A stretch of 64,000 bases of DNA from an uncultured Bacteroidales bacterium (GTDB taxonomy: Bacteria; Bacteroidota; Bacteroidia; Bacteroidales; Paludibacteraceae), in NCBI GenBank assembly GCA_945921355.1, contig CAMEKM010000004.1, positions 6,305-70,304 of the forward strand, in the 5' to 3' direction. The notes beneath the pieces were generated by a model. The model saw only the letters and a program-made list of their open reading frames with translations, was not told the origin of the DNA and ran no database searches. Position 1 is the stretch's first letter. Every line of letters starts with the position of its first letter. A program made the position numbers and the translations under genes. Shown piece by piece: positions 63,405 to 64,000 of this stretch.

Positions 63405-64000
63405 TTATTTTACTACAGCACCTTGAGCGTTGTATTGAACGCCATTCTTGATGATAATCAATTGACCGTTTACGATAGCCTTAACAGCCTTACCCTCAAC
63501 AGCAATGTTCTCAAGAGCGGTAGTAGGATCATCAATTTCGGGCTCGTCGAGAATAGTAACATCACCATTCTTCATTTGATTTTTCTCATTATACTTGGTC
63601 AATTTACCAAACATTTGGATGTAATCACCAACTACAAGTTCTTGTGGTACGTTGCACCAATAAGAATACAATGTATTTGCTCCACCTTTGGTGTCAGAAA
63701 CCCAGAATTTTTGTTGACCCTTAGAAAGAGTACCATCCAATTCAGTAACGTAACCCACTACAACATAATAGAGATCAGTTAATACGTTATTGTCGCTCAC
63801 TTGCGAAGCAATTTCAGCAGCTTCTGCGCAAGTTACCTTTGTTGCTTTGGTAAATGTAGTTTCAGTAACATCGCTGGCATTTGTACCATCGTGAGCAATT
63901 GCTTTTACTGTAGTTGTTTCCTCAACAGTAAAAGGAGCGGTGTACTCAGTGCTCTCAGTTGTAGGATCAGTGCCATCCAAAGTATAATACACTTTCAAGC
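63405..64000 (-). CDS. secreted protein, C-terminal part (5' end outside window), with a chitobiase/hexosaminidase-C-like (Fn3-associated) repeat
   Basis: VYYTLDGTDPT..S..YT.PF.V..TTTVKA motif. The ORF is open to the window edge. Confidence 0.55.
   Translation of the reverse strand, partial: LKVYYTLDGTDPTTESTEYTAPFTVEETTTVKAIAHDGTNASDVTETTFTKATKVTCAEAAEIASQVSDNNVLTDLYYVVVGYVTELDGTLSKGQQKFWVSDTKGGANTLYSYWCNVPQELVVGDYIQMFGKLTKYNEKNQMKNGDVTILDEPEIDDPTTALENIAVEGKAVKAIVNGQLIIIKNGVQYNAQGAVVK

Overview
This 64-kb window is Bacteroidales-type chromosome, probably Prevotella-like. The call rests on many canonical TTTG(-33)/TAnnTTTG(-7) promoters and on the protein families present. It starts near dnaA (1597-2961) with housekeeping genes. 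Coordinates about 5-40 kb and 50-52.7 kb hold a large, mosaic surface-polysaccharide locus: manA, wecB, gmd, fcl, about 11 glycosyltransferases, 3 hexapeptide acetyltransferases, a Wzy-like polymerase, WbqC, a DegT aminotransferase and a Wzt-like ABC ATPase. The window ends with housekeeping genes: fbp class III, tRNA-Glu, hemW, PBP1A, a TPR protein, TraB/GumN and an aminotransferase. Selfish modules are scattered through the polysaccharide locus: two hipBA pairs, two DUF4143 AAA ATPases, two four-helix-bundle (23S-IVS family) genes, an intact GxxExxY gene plus a remnant, and an in-frame DUF559 nuclease. A roughly 9.7-kb accessory island (40.3-50.2 kb) interrupts the locus. The strongest candidate for a new system lies in that island. 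It is a tightly packed three-gene operon (42352-45074, minus strand) encoding a ThsB-like TIR protein, a caspase-like (C14) protease, and a second TIR/NDT-like module fused to about 290 aa of unknown sequence. The non-coding DNA and several coding regions also carry unusual repeats: 7-8-bp periodic G-poor tracts, an in-frame hairpin element, and a roughly 247-bp structured MITE-like element that shows compensatory stem changes. All functional calls come from motif recognition by eye; no database search was run.
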